From: Microbotryum violaceum
Taxonomy: Eukaryota
Reading direction: 5' to 3'
Assembly: GCA_001244265.2 (NCBI GenBank)
Contig: CDLV01000005.1
Coordinates: forward strand, 620,001 to 684,000
DNA: 64,000 bases
Numbering within the stretch: the first letter of the stretch is position 1; every line of letters starts with the position of its first letter. The notes beneath the pieces are model-generated. The model did no database searches and was not told the origin of the DNA. It saw only the letters and a list, made by a program, of their open reading frames with translations. This document shows, piece after piece, positions 35,266-49,714 of this stretch. Both the position numbers and the translations under genes were made by a program.

Positions 35266-36231
35266 ATGTAAGCTCGTACATTGCTCGTCCAAACCAGAAG
35301 AAGAGCGCTTATTGATCAAGCTTTCCGTCCCCACATGATCCCGGAACCGCCTGCACACGCCTCACCATCGCTCGGCCACTCCGCTCGGCCACTCCGCTCT
35401 CCAGGCCCCCGCGACGTGTCGCCTCGTCCTCGACGCCCAAGCATTCCTCCAGCTCCAATACCGCCTCCCCCGCTCCCGCCACACCTTCCAAATCAAAACC
35501 CAACATCAAGGTCGCCTTGACCGAGACTTCCGCTACCCCCGCACCCGCGACGGCTTCAGCTGCCGTGACCCCGAAACGACCCACCAGCAGCTCCACTTTC
35601 TCTGCTGCTGCTTCTTCTTCGTCCTTGGCGAGCAGTGCAACGAACCTATGGAACAACTATAACCAAAACAGTCCGTTCCCATACATCCGTTCTTCTCACT
35701 CGCACGAAGGGATCCCATAATTACCTCCCTGACCTCCTAACCCATCCGGTTTCGGCCTCCCCCCTCCTTCCGCCCCACTCATAGCCGCCCCCAAATTGAA
35801 GCTCTTGGACGGCTTCCAACTGTTCCTCATGCTCTCCGGCATCGCCCAATTCCTCTACTGCCTTGCCATCACCACCTTCCCTTTCAACGCTTTCATCTCG
35901 AGGTACGTCCATTCCCAAGCAGAACCCCGAGAATTTTCAAAAATGCGCGGTCGGCTCACTCATGTCTTTGATTCGCCGCACAGTTTCGCCGCGACGGTCG
36001 GTCAATTCGTTTTGACCGCGGCTTTGAGGGCCCAGGTCAACCCCAAGAACAAGTCGATCTTCCCGACCATTTCACCCGAAAGGTAAGCAGAAGGAAATAC
36101 TTGCATCCCCTCGTCCTTTCCTTGAAACCTCAAAAGGCTGATCCATCCGAACCCGGCCCTGCAGAGCTTTCGCAGATTACGTCTTTGGTTCGATGTTGTT
36201 GCATTTCTTCGTTTACAACTACCTTGGTTGA
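35266..36231 (+). CDS. OST2: Oligosaccharyltransferase subunit DAD1/Ost2
   Basis: KLKLLDGFQLFLMLSGIAQFLYC..FPFNAFISSF..VGQFVLTAALRAQVNP..ISPERAFADYVFGSMLLHFFVYNYLG-TGA. The start codon appears split AT|G by intron 35268-35404. Confidence 0.93.
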
Positions 36232-36847
36232 AGACGGAGGAGATGGTGGGTCTTTGCTTGCTTTGCCGTAGTGGTTCTTTTTGTTTCGATCTCTTTGTTT
36301 GGGGCGCGTCTTGCCATTCACGATTCTTATCGGACCCACTGCCACCCCTTCTTGAACGGGTTCTTTTTTGGACTGGACGTTGTTTTGAATATCGTAAACT
36401 CGTCAAGAGCTCAGGATCAACGGTGGGTATCATGAATGAAGATGAAGTTGGTCACGCGATGGGCCAAGTCGAAAACCGACGGTAGACACCGCGCAGTCCA
36501 CTGCCAAGCCTCCTGAACCAGACCATCTTCCTCTCTCTCTCACCACATGCGCTCGCGAATGCCGAACAATCAAAGAATCATGATACGATCATTTCATCAC
36601 ATCACATCAAAATCATACCCACCCATCGCCTCCTTCAACCTTCCTCCCTGCGCTTTCGTGCAAGGATCTACTCTGGTACTCTGGGACGTCCCCGAGCCCA
36701 AAAAAAAAACTCCCAGTGGCGCCTTTCTCTTCTTCCAAAAAAGTCCCTCAGAATTACCGATGCAATTTCCGAAAGGCGTACCACGACGCATCCCCCTCTT
36801 TCTTCCCCCCTTCCTCGCGAACCTCGTCCAAACGCTCGCCCTTTCGT

Positions 36848-38311
<1,464 letters not shown>

Positions 38312-38693
38312 GATCGAGGAGGGTGGATGAGGGGTAGGATGTGGGGTCGGCTCAGACCTTGGACGGCACCGGCGATCGTGTGAACAGACGAGACGGGTAT
38401 CGGCGACGGCAGGCAGCAGGCAGCAGGCAGCGACAGCAGGTGATGAGACGGGTGTGGTGACGGTGACGGTGCGCGTCGGCGGCCACGGACACGGTGCGAA
38501 CGTGACGAGACAGTGAGTGCAGACAAACGACAACGTCAGCAGACGTGGCCCTCGACGTGTTTCGAGGTCGATGCTCACCTGGGGTGTGTGTGGTGGTGCG
38601 AGGTCGACTCGGACAAATGGGGTGCGACCACGAGCGCAACTGCGGCGCCGGGGAGTGCCTTGCAGTGTACCTGCCGGCCTATTTACGGCGTCT

Positions 38694-38890
38694 TCAACAC
38701 CTCGTAATTTCGCATTAGCTTTCTACTAGGTCAGCTTTCTATACCAACGAACCCCGCATCAACCCCTCGTAATTGCGCATTAGCTTTCTACTAGGTCAGC
38801 CTTCTATACCAACGAACTCCGCATCAACACCTCGTAATTGCGCATTAGCTGTCTACTAGATTAGCTTTCTATACCAACCAACTCCGCATC
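38694..38890. repeat. Tandem repeat, 65-bp unit x3, in the SAR1/VMA8 divergent intergenic region
   Basis: Units start at 38694, 38759 and 38824. Consensus ~TCAACACCTCGTAATTGCGCATTAGCTTTCTACTAGGTCAGCTTTCTATACCAACGAACTCCGCA with a few substitutions per copy. Confidence 0.93.
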
Positions 38891-39158
38891 GCCCGCTCGA
38901 ACTGCTCTCGGCCCCTCTTCTACACCCTGCACTACCCGCTCCTTTCCGGCGCAGACTTTTTTTCTCGAGCTCGTCCATCTCCACCTCCATCCTTCACCCC
39001 TTTGCCATCGACCTCGTTCGCCCCAGCTCGTCGCCTGGCGAAACCCATCGTCATCGTCTCCGAGTCGTCCTCCGACTTGGTGTGCCGTACTTTTGGTGCT
39101 TGCCTCGGCTTCAACTTGACCCCTTTAGTGCACCTCGCGCCTTGATTCTGCTTCCAAC

Positions 39159-40586
39159 AGTCAGTCCCATCACTGGCATATGCAAGACTGCCTTCCGTTC
39201 GTGCTCGTGCCTTGCGCGCGATAACTGACCCGTTCCTCTCCTTGATCCAGTGTCGGGCACAGGACCACGAGAGAATGTTTGTCAGTCCATTGATCATTGA
39301 TCCACTCTATCGCCTAGATCCTTGCCCTAGGCATCCTCGCTGATAGGTTCTTCATCTTCTGTGTCCGTCCGCCCTTCTCCGATTCGCTGGCCGTGGCCGG
39401 AATCCTGCTGTCGTCTATCCATCGACCGCCCAACAGTCCCCACACGAATGAACCTCACCACGACCAAGACCCGTCTCAAGGGGGCTCAGACGGGTCACTC
39501 GCTCCTCAAGAAAAAGTACGTTATCCGACTCGCAGCCGATACAACTCGCCCGCTCGCCTCTTCTACCCCACTTGCGCACCCCACGCACTTACGCTCTCCA
39601 CCTCCTTTCCCCACCAGGTCCGACGCATTGAACAAACGATTCCGAGCGATCCTAGGCAAGATCGACGAAGCGAAACGCAAGATGGGTCGCGTGATGCAAC
39701 TCGCCGCCTTCTCCCTCGCCGAGGTCACCTACGCCACCGGCGACATCTCGTACCAGATCCAAGAGTCCATCACCGAAGCCACATTCAAGGTCCAGACCAA
39801 GCAGGAGAACGTATCGGGTGTAATCCTGCCCACATTCGAACCGTTGCATTCCAAAGCTGATGGTGGCAATGGGGGTCAGTTGTCATTGCCTCACAACCCC
39901 GGAAATGCCAATTTGCTCACGTTCAGCTCCGCACGCACAGCTTTCGGCTTGACGGGTTTGGGACGCGGTGGTCAACAAATCACAAAGTGCCGAGAAACGT
40001 TCGCAAAAGCTGTCGAGACCTTGGTCGAGCTGGCTTCCTTACAAGTGCGCATAATTCCCCAACCTCTCATCATCACCTTCAGCACCGAACCCTGACCCCC
40101 CCGCTTTCCAATCCACTCCTCCACAGACCGCTTTCGTTATTCTGGATGAAGTGATCAAGATGACCAACCGACGTGTGAATGCGCTCGAGCACGTCGTCAT
40201 TCCGCGACTGGAGAACACGATCAACTACATCAACTCAGAGTGGGTCCACCTTTGACGACGGCGGACATCCTTCGTCCAAGCTAACCTCACCTGTCTTCCA
40301 AAACTTCAGGCTCGATGAGATGGACCGAGAAGAATTCTTCCGTCTCAAGAAGGTGCAGAGCAAGAAGAAGCGGGATGGAGCGGCGAGGGAATTGGAGGAG
40401 AAGCAGAAGCGGGAGGCAAAGGAGAAGGCTGGGGAACCGATCGAGGAGGTCGATGAGACCCCGAGCGCGAATATGGTGGACGACAAGGATGAAGATGGTT
40501 GGTCTTCTCTTCTATCCTGCTTCCTCGGATGAGGGTATGCTGCTGACGCCCTGCTCCATACTTGGCCCTTCGCAGTTATCTTCTAA
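39159..40586 (+). CDS. VMA8: V-ATPase V1 subunit D
   Basis: MSGTGPRENVFPTRMNLTTTKTRLKGAQTGHSLLKKKSDAL..LVELASLQTAFVILDEVIKMTNRRVNALEHVVIPRLENT..DEMDREEFFRLKKVQ..DEDVIF-TAA. The start codon is split A|TG by intron 39160-39250. Confidence 0.96.
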
Positions 40587-41389
40587 GCTCGTTGTCTACG
40601 TTGCACCCAGGGACCTTCGTTTTCTCTTGCGGCGCCGCTCTGTGTCACTTGTGTATCCTGGTTGGATTCGACACCAGCTTCTCGTTTACAATTTGTGTTT
40701 CAATATCAGTTCTAGACTAGGGTATTGGATGAGGAAGTGACTTGCGCTTGCTGCGTCTGCGCCAGCAGCACTGCCGGTGTGCGATGACGACGTTAGCTGA
40801 GCAGCATCTGTCAAACGTGATTCTGTATGGTGTGTTGATACCCATGCACTCGCGATAAACGAATAAGTACCCACCTCTGAGATGTGTTTTCTCGTGATGG
40901 TGAAGAAGCTGGTGAGAAATTGACGAGCGAGCCCATCGACCTCAACCGGTCGTCTCGGCGCGTCGAAAAATGGCGTCGATGCCGGCGCGCCTGTCCACGC
41001 TTAAAGAGGACTCCCTCTTAGTTCGAAACAGCGAAAGAAGAGAGCTGTGGCACGAAAAACTTAAGGCGCTGGACTGAGTATACGGTGGATAACACTAAAA
41101 ACGATGGTGAATTTTTCTCCTGGTAGGAGTAAGTTGCTGGGTCATGAAACCGTTTCCTCGATGCAATAACTCCTTCGGTCGAAAGGCGCGGTTGAACTTG
41201 GGCCGTTTTGCCAGCGAGGTTCGCTCGCGTCCACACCGGAATGCGCAGCACGGCGCGGCGCGGCTACTTCGAAGCGCGCCGAGCTTCCCTTTCTCTTTGA
41301 CGCGTTACTGGACCTTTCCGGTGTGCTCTGACACCCTTTTGTCTGCATTCGAGCATCTTACAATTGAAGAGGTTTCATCAGCGTGGACC

Positions 41390-44300
41390 ATGTCGCACCC
41401 CTACTCGCGTTACGGTCCAGCAGATCGGGATCGTCAAGGAGCAGCAGCATCGCAGCGTGCACCGCGCTCGGACTCCGCCCACACGAGTGGGAGTGGTGCT
41501 GCTCCAACGTACCGATCGCAACATTCCCATGCCCCTCCGGCCCCTCCGATGCCGAACTCACACCAGCAACGAGCACCCTACGGCGATCCTTTCAATGACC
41601 CTTCTACGACCTACTCGAACCAAGGTCCCCCCCACTCGACGGATGGCGCTTCTCTCCGTCATTACCGACTCAACGACTCGAGACCCACCCTCTCCTCAAC
41701 ACCTTACCTCTCCGCAGCGACCGCATCAGCCAACTCAAGTCCCAACCTTAACACTTCCTTCCATCCCATAGGATACGACTCGAGGAACACCTCCAACGTT
41801 GATCTTTCGGACCCGTATTATTATCGTCATCAGAATGCTTCGATGGAAGGAGCGGCTTCGGCTTTTGGTGGGGGGTTTCATCAGGGGGGTCAGCCGCATT
41901 ATGAGGTCGACATGGATGATGATAAGAGACCTCTGAGGGAGGATCAGGCGGAGTATGGAGGGATGCTTCCGGTTGAGTGAGTTGCGGGTGAAAACTTGAC
42001 TTTTGCCGCGCGAGGTTTTGGGGGACCGAGAAAGTCACGTGCAGTGCGATTGCTGAGCTCGCTTTCCCTCGACGGCGCGGCGAATTCTTTGCTCTGTCCA
42101 CAGCTACAACGCGAGCGCATTCCATGCATCGCATTTGAATGGATCGGGCCTCCAAAGGAGGGAAACCTCGGCGGAGGTGGGTCTTGATACAGAAACAGAT
42201 TTCACGGAGCCGTGCCTGACATTGGCGATTCTCAATGCAAATTCTAGGCTTGGGCCAGGAGGCAGCGTCAACCTCTGAAGAGGGCAGTCACGAAACGTGT
42301 CAAGCTCACCCAAGGTCGGTGTTTTTGTCTACGCGAAGACTTGCTCGTCAGGAGTGACCAATTGTTGATTTGAGCTTTTCGCTCTCAGGAAACTTCATCG
42401 TCGAATGCCCCGTTCCAACCGCGGTCAAATCTGCGAATCTGTCAAGTGGGGCTAGTAAGTCTAGTCTTTTCGTCGTATAAACTCACAAAGACTCAATCAC
42501 TCACTTAACACCTGCCATGGCCTCAGAGGGTGGACCGACCGAGTTTTCTCACATGCGCTACACGGCGGCGTGCTGCGACCCTGATGATTTTACTCAGACT
42601 GTACGTCCTGTCTCTGTCCGTTAATCTGCGAATATTCAGTCTGAAGTCATGACTTTACTGGTGTATAGAATGGCTACACGCTCCGAACTTCAACCTACCG
42701 ACGCCAGACCGATTTGCTCGTTTGCATTGTAAGTCAAAGCACCCACTGCTGCGTATCACCTCACCCATTCTCGAGCGCGAAACTGAATCTCCTTTGTCGC
42801 ACCCACAGACCGCCTACAATGAAAACAAAATGTTGCTCTCGCGTACCCTACATGGTCTGATGCTCAACATTCGTGACATCGTCAAGGGTAACTTCTCCGA
42901 ATTCCGCAAGCGAGCCGAATCGGGGGGTCCCGAGGTCGGTCAACGCAAAGGGGAGGCGTGGAAACGAATCGTCGTTTGTCTCGTCTTTGATGGGATCGAT
43001 CCGGCGGATAAGGGAAGCTTGGACGTCTTGGCGACGATCGGGTTGTATCAGGATGGGGTGATGAAGAAGGGTGTGGATGGGAGGGAGACGGTTGCGCATA
43101 TTTTTGAGTATACGACTCAGCTTTCCATGTCGTCCAAGCCTGCGCTGGTCGAGCCCCATCCGAACGAGTGAGAAGTTTTGAACGTTTTCCTCTCCATCTG
43201 AAGCCCACGCTGATTTTGCTCACCCTTGAAACCCAGTCCCAACAACCTCGTCCCGGTACAAATGATTCTTTGCCTCAAGCAAAAGAACGCCAAAAAGATT
43301 AATTCGCATCGATGGCTCTTCAACGCGATCGGTCGCCAGCTCAAACCCGATGTCGTCTGCTTACTCGATGCCGGAACCAAACCAGGTGCACGTTCGATCT
43401 ACTACCTCTGGGAGGCGTTCCATCACAATCCCAATCTCGGTGGAGCTTGCGGAGAGATCCACGCCATGTTGGGCAATCACGGCAGGAAACTCTTGAACCC
43501 GCTCGTCGCGGCTCAGAATTTCGAGTACAAAATGAGCAATGTGCTCGACAAGCCGATGGAAAGCGCTTTCGGATACGTGTCCGTCTTGCCGGGGGCTTTC
43601 TCTTGCTACCGCTACCTCGCAATTCAAGGCCGACCTCTCGATCAGTACTTCCACGGGGACCAGACGTTGGCTGCGGGATTAGGTGCCAAGGGGACGGATG
43701 GGATGAGCATTTGGACCAAGAACATGTTCCTGGCCGAGGATCGTATCCTCTGCTTCGAGCTCGTCGCCAAGGCGAACGAACGCTGGGTCTTGGGTTACGT
43801 CAAACCCGCCAAGGGAGAAACCGACGTACCCGAAACGGCGGCCGAACTGATTGGTCAACGTCGTCGTTGGCTCAACGGAAGTTTCGCCGCGGGTTTCTAC
43901 GCCCTCGTCCATTTCGGTCGATTATACCAGAGTGATCATTCGATCCTTCGCTTGTTCTGGTTGACCGTTCAAGGGGTGTACAACATGATTCAATTGTTCT
44001 TGGGCTGGTTCGCGCTCGGTAACTACTACCTCACCTTTTCGATCATCATCGAACTCGTTGCCAACTCGTTGAGGTACCCCAAAAGTATCGCTGATGGTAA
44101 TCCCGCGACGATCAAATGTTGGTCAGGGACTTTCATCGAGGATGACGCAGGGGCATCGTTCGATTGGCTCTCGCTCGTCAACTACGTCTTCAAGGTCGTC
44201 TACCTCGGTGTCATCGGCCTTCAAATCCTCCTCGCATTGGGCAACCGGCCCAAGGCCGAACGCTTTGCGTACACGCTCTGCATCTCCATCTTCGCCTTCT

Positions 44301-45089
44301 TCTCCCTCTACCTCATCTCCAACACAGTCCTTTTGACCTACATGTCCTTCTGCCCCATCGGGACCATCCTCGCTCAACGAACGGGATCGATCGTCAGTGT
44401 TTTCTTGGGAGGCACTTATGGTCCCATCTTTTCGGGTCTGCTGGGCACGTTCGGCGTGTACATCTTCTCGTCACTTCTGTACCTCGATCCTTGGCATCTT
44501 TTGACGAGCATGCCGCAGTACTTGCTCATTGCGCCGAGTTTTATCAATATCTTGACCATGTGAGTGGAAGACTACCTTGACCCTATCCGTGGTCCCCAAA
44601 CTTACCCCTGAACACGCGTGTCTTACCCAAAGCTACGCATTCTGTAACCTCCACGACGTCTCCTGGGGTACAAAAGGTTCCGACGCCAGTGCGGCCCTCC
44701 CCTCCGTCACCTCGACCTCAACCGACAAAGACAAAGACCGCGTCATCGAAGTGCAAGAAAAACCCCAAGAAGACATCGATTCGAACTTCAAAGCGACCGT
44801 ACTGCGCGCGATAGCCAAACACGACGAAGTGGAAGAATGGGCCCTGCCGACGATGGAAGATCGGAACAAGACGTTCCGAACCCGTTTTGTCGCGTTTTGG
44901 TTATTGTGTAACGCCCTGTTGTGCGTCGTCATCTCGAGGCTCAATTCCGTAGTCCAGGCGAGATACTTCCAGGTGATTTTGTGGAGCGTGTTCGTGACGG
45001 CGGTGGTGAGGTTGTCGGGCATGATTTATTACCTGTTTGGCGAGTTTGGGTTCCGTATTGCGCGGCTTTGTGCGCGTGGGAGACGATAG
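41390..45089 (+). CDS. Chitin synthase, division 1 (class III-like), multi-exon
   Basis: [106 protein letters not shown]. Confidence 0.95.
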
Positions 45090-45402
45090 ACACTTGATTG
45101 TTGGGTGTGTGTAGCTCCTTTGTTCTGATCTTTATGACATGCTTGATTTACAACCTGTCTTTCGCAGAGAAGGTGATCGCGTTGTAGAGACAGGAGTGTG
45201 ATGGTGATGCATCGCTCGCTCCGCTCCGCTCTCAAACATGATGCGCACACGGTGTTACGAAACCGGTCGTACTGCAAGCAATGTAATCTCTACACAATAC
45301 AAAACAGTAGTATGAATCTACATAATCTAAAACAAGACAAGAGATAATTGCTAGAGACAAAAACAAGACTTAGGTACAAACGAAATGGATGGCTCACCGT
45401 GT

Positions 45403-48153
45403 CTACTCGTCCTCGTCATCCGAATGTGTGATCTTTGGCAACTTCCTCCACCCTTTGCGCGCACTTTTCTCCTTCGACCCTTTATCCACCCTCGCACTGG
45501 TGCTCGCCTTCGCACTCGTTTCCGTCACCTCCTCCCCAGACCCTTTTTCCTCAGCCCTCCTAATTGCCGCCTTCGCCGCCGCCTTCCTCGGCGACTCATG
45601 ACTCTCCTCAATAATCACCGACTCATACTCATCCTCCACCTCAGAGAGCTCCTTTCCTTTTCCCCTCCCCCTCCTTCGTGCCTTCTCCTCCTCCGCTCGT
45701 CGAACCTCTCTCCTCGCCTTCCTTCGACGTTTCGTAGCGTCCCTGCCTTCGTCAGAGAACGATGCCTCGCTCGACTTTTGCGTCGAGTCCGAATGTCGTG
45801 AGGAAGAGGTCGATACGGCGCTTTCGGAATCGGAATCCCCATCGGAGCCCGAGCTCAAGGATAAAGCCGCATCCGAAGTGAACTCCAACCTCGACTCCTC
45901 GTCAGATGAGGCCACCTCACTCTTCCTCCTCCTCCTCCTTGACGAAGCCTCTCCATCCGTTCGTCGTCGCTTCCGAATCGGCGCATCATCAATGAACGCC
46001 TCGTCTTCCGAATTGGGCTGTTCCTCCTCCTCCTCTTCCCGTGGCCTGCGTACGCCATGTCGAGGCATCGATCGAACAGAGATATCGGACCTTTCATCGT
46101 CGGATTCGGCTCCCCCGTCGTGGTGTCTTCGTCGAAAGTCTTCGTCCGAGGAAAGTTCGTAAACGCGTTGACTGATAAAAGGGCAGCCCAGGGAGTAGAG
46201 AGCATCAGCGACCGATCCCATTCTTCGTGATCCCACACCCTCCGACTAACCAGTGTGCACACTCCCCTGTCGCCTCAATAATCTCCCACGAACATTCGGG
46301 GCACCTCCTCACCCCATCATCTCGATCCCTCGCGACCCTCGTCCGTCCTTTCGTATTCCCACCCACGTCCAACTCCATGAACAACCCACCCCACGACTTG
46401 TCATGCTCATCGATCGTCACCTCCATCTCGTCCGCTTTGTCCGATTTGGGAGGGGCGGATTCGTCGAGGTCACCAATGAGACCTTCTTGTTCGGCTTGAC
46501 GGATGCGATGGACGAGGTCCGTCAGGACGAAGATACGCTTGGGGGCGGTGTCGACTTTGGTACGGCACGAGGGACAAATGACGTTCGAAGGGTGAGAGGG
46601 GGGATGAGCCATGGGTGGTACAGGTCCAGCCTGATGCACCTCTTCATCTGCAATGATGATCCTGTCTTCGATTCTGGCTCCCGCCGCTGGTGCTCGTCCA
46701 GGCGAAGTAGCAGGAGACGTTGAATCATTTTCCCTCGGTGATCGATGCCTCAAGCTCACCGCCGGTTCGATCCTCTCCACTCTCGCGATCCCCTCCCTAG
46801 CCGCTCCAATCGCTTCAAATTCTCGCTCATCATCATCATCATCATCATCATCATCCGAACCAAGCTCGACGAAACGACTCGCAGAATCTTCGGCAGTTGC
46901 TTGAGGCGGGCGGTATCCAGGTTCGGGACGGTTCATTTGGAATGATCGGTTCCCGACGGTCAAGCGGATCGTTTCCATGCCTTCGGGCGGTGTCGGCGGT
47001 TGATCGGCTTCCCAGAAGGATAGAGAGGCATCATTACCTTCTAGTTCCGAATTGGAGGAATCAGAATCGGTGTGGGAGTTCGAGCCAGATCTCGACAAGT
47101 TCTCTTCGTTGTCTTGGTCGGCTTCTTCTTCTTCATCGTCGTCATCGTCGTCGTCCCCGTTGTTGGCGCTGAAGAAGCAGTTGATGAGGCATTGACGGCA
47201 ACTGCGGTACGGTACACCGGAACTTTCGAGTCGGTCAAAGTGGTCACTGATCTCGTAACCGTGGAACTTACAACACATGTCCACATTCCAGAGCATGAGG
47301 CGCTCTCATCGTCTGAAGGCAGATCCCGCACTGGGCCGTCGCTCGAAGCGAATCGGTGAACTGAGTCAATTGGCGGAGCAGTTCGTCTTGTTGGTCGATA
47401 AACGTATTGTTGGCTTTTAACTTGTCCTGCGTAAGTCAACTTGGATACGCTACCGTCAGTACGAGTGAAAGCCAGCCGCTGCGCGGTGGAGGGAAATGCT
47501 AGACTTGCCTCATAAGATTGTCTTTCCTTTGCCCACGCAGCCATAGACTTTTGTACGCGGAGTCGGACCTCAGCTTTGGAGATCATATCGTCCTGATCGC
47601 GGTCCGAAGTGGTCGAGGTTTGGCTCGAAGCCTTGTTCTTGCGCCTGAGTTCGGCGTCGATGACTTCAGACTTGGCTGGTTCGAGTTCGGGTTCGGGTTC
47701 GGTAATGTCGGTCGTGATGCTGTCGTCATTGTGGGTGACGCTGTTGGTACGAAGATCATCTTGCTCGAGCGTGGTCGATGAGCTTGCGCTGAGAGTGGGT
47801 TTTCCCTTCTCCTTTGTCGTGGCGGCGATGGCCGCTGGCTCGAGCACTTCGAGAGAAGAGGAACGATCACTGTCGCCTTGGCTGTGCTCGGCGAGCGTGG
47901 TGCGGCGTCGTGTGCTCCCCCTGGGCGACATCTCAGTGGTGTGATGGTCGTCATCTTGGGCTGGGTTCTTGCGAGTAAGGCGCTTGTATGGAGAGGTGGT
48001 ACGGTTTGAAGCACGTCGCTGCGAGGAGCCGGTGGGGCAGGCGATAGGAGCACTCGCGACGCCTTTGCGGGAAGTGGAGTTGGAGCTGAAGGACCTCGAC
48101 GCGTTGTCGTCGTCGTTGACCAAGGCAGAGGCTGAACGTTTGACGCGGGGCAT
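45403..48153 (-). CDS. C3HC4 RING-finger E3 ligase-like protein (Psh1-like) with long acidic/disordered regions
   Basis: CGICLQTMRAPHALECGHVFCRQCL (across an intron) ... CPSCR, followed by DDGVRRCPECSWEI..GEC. Exon structure is partly inferred. Confidence 0.75.
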
Positions 48154-48592
48154 GGTGAGGACGATGTGAGGTGTGGAAGGGGTGGTAAAGGGTTCGCAAG
48201 CTTCGGGGACAGTGGAGGTGAGGACAAGGGCAAGAGAGAGAAGGAGAGCAAGAGCAGCGGACTGTGCGATGTGCCGACGGGCAGTTCGGAGTGGCAATGG
48301 TCAACCGGTGAACCGTGCGCTACGTCTCCCTGTGGCTCGCTATGTGCCACCCAAATGACGCGTGACTTGGTTGGCGCTTGGGCCACGCGGGAGCCTCGGG
48401 GGAGGCGCGACTTGGCAGCCACCCGGAAGCGCGCGACCATTCAGCGCGACTTAGCGCAACTGATGAGCGGAATAGAAACCGGCCGAGACATTGCTCAGAG
48501 CGACTTTTGGGGCTGCGATTCAACCCTTTCAGCCACCTCCACAGCCCCCCCGCCCACTACCACTTTCCACTTTGAGCGTCGTCTAACTCGGC

Positions 48593-49544
48593 ATGAGTTA
48601 CTACTTGGGTCAGTCCAGCCCGCACCCCTCCACCGATGACCCATCCGCCCCAGCTCCCACCTCATGCTCACCTAAGTGAATGCTACTGCTGAACAACCCC
48701 CCCTCCATCCCCTCCCCCAGTACTCGTCGGCACCCTCGATAACCCCTTGTACGAAACCTACCTCACCTCGACCAAATCCGCCTCGTCCACCATCCTCTCC
48801 GTCCCCGTTGTCTCGTCCGGAGCGCCCGCCACGTCCTTCTCCATATTCGGATCCCTGCCTCCGAACCCGAACGCCAACTCCACCTCGACCTCCAATCCCA
48901 ACAAGCCACCACCGCCCCCACCTTCTCTTCCAACTGGAACCCAGCCAACACCGTCGCAGAATAACAATACTTTCGTAGGGTATGGGCACAAGTCGGGTCC
49001 GCAGGGCAGACATGTGATGCAGCTCGTCGCGCATGCCAGTCTTGATGTCGTCGAGGATGTGCAATGGACCAACGGGGCAATGTATGTAGGGATCATACCT
49101 CTGTTTTGCGAATCTTCTTTTCTCGCGGTCCTGATCCTGCCTGGTCATCAGGTACCTCAAATCGATCGACAAGTTTCAAGAATGGACAATCTCCGTCTGG
49201 ATCACACCGGGAGGTGAGCCTCGCCAGAGCGGAGCATCATCAATCCAAGCCGTTCTGGAGCACTGAATCGTTTCTGACGGTCCCCATAGGCGTCAAGCTG
49301 ATCCTGCTGCACGAGGTCAAGAACGACGATGGGATCCGCTTGTTCTTCCAAGAGACATGGGAGAATTATGTAAAAGTGAGGAACTCCACCTTCTCTGCTG
49401 AAAGGCACAGACTGAAAAGCTGTGAACTGACTCGCTCATTTTTAACGATAGACCCTGTTGAATCCTTTTCACGAACTCAACAGCCCGATAAATAGCCCCG
49501 TGTTCGACGCCAGAGTCAAAGCCAGCGCCAAGAAACACCTTTGA
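48593..49544 (+). CDS. TRS20: TRAPP subunit Trs20/sedlin (TRAPPC2)
   Basis: MSYYLVLVGTLDNPLYE..QLVAHASLDVVED..MYLKSIDKF..KLILLH..NDDGIRLFFQETWENYVKTLLNPF..SPVFDARVKASAKKHL-TGA. Confidence 0.93.
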
Positions 49545-49714
49545 TTCAGTCTCGCATCCTTTGCTGTACTTTCCAACCATGACCCTGTTGTAACAGATGC
49601 AACGACGAATCACACGATGAGACAAAAAGCTTTGTCCACAACACACGTGTTCGATTACAAGAAAGTAGTATCCACAGCCAGTCAATGTTCTCCGTCCACT
49701 CGCTCACTACCCGC

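Noticed and set aside
38694-38890. CRISPR-like array
   Set aside because: Eukaryotic context, contiguous units without unique spacers, and no cas genes.
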